A stretch of DNA of 64,000 nt from Podarcis erhardii (Eukaryota), in NCBI GenBank assembly GCA_964252035.1, contig OZ176201.1. The stretch is one strand, 5' to 3'. Position 1 is the first letter of the stretch. Every line of letters begins with the position of its first letter. Of this stretch, positions 63,706 to 64,000 are shown one piece after another. The translations under genes were made by a program, and so were the position numbers. The notes beneath the pieces were generated by a model. That model worked only from the letters and a program-made list of their open reading frames with translations, made no database searches and had not been told where the DNA came from.

Positions 63706-63841
63706 CAGTGTTTCCCAACCTTGTGCCTCCAGCTGTTTTTGGACTACAATTCCCATCATCCCTTGCCACTGGTCTTGCTAGTCAGGGATGATGGGAGTTG
63801 TAGTTCAAAAACAGCTGGAGGCACAAGGTTGGGAAACACTG
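63706..63841. mobile_element. Palindromic hAT MITE
   Basis: TIR cagtgtttcccaaccttgtgcc; 8-bp TSD CAGTATGG. Confidence 0.88.
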
Positions 63842-64000
63842 CAGTATGGCACATGTTCTTAATAACTGGGGGGCCCAAATGGCAAGATGACTTTACTGCA
63901 GATGTGGCCAACCACATTCAAAATAGTGATGCACTGCTTGGAAGGATGCTCACAACCATTGGGTGGTGCAACTGCACTGAGAGACATGCTTAAATAACCT

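Overview
Vertebrate genomic DNA, most likely a lacertid lizard (Sauria/Squam SINEs, a BovB fragment, squamate L2 and hAT MITEs). Two convergent genes are present. MBD6 (+ strand) has a probable 5'UTR exon at 4207-4356 and 11 coding exons from 5387 to 26339. All splice phases join in frame, giving 3198 nt or 1065 aa; the promoter lies upstream of the window. DCTN2 (dynactin p50/dynamitin, - strand) has 12 ordinary exons from 41518 down to the stop at 30140, plus two microexons (9 nt FAQ at 58563-58571 and 6 nt EL at 51711-51716). DCTN2 exons 1-2 were not found and probably lie beyond 64000. Introns are rich in SINEs, LINE 3' fragments and MITEs. Most notable: a Penelope-like inverted-repeat insertion with a minimal hammerhead ribozyme motif on each strand, the two microexons with readable splicing-regulator motifs, and a spliced uORF whose stop overlaps the MBD6 start codon. 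I found no convincing wholly new system; the top findings are new instances of known classes. Protein and repeat identities come from recalled sequences, not database searches.
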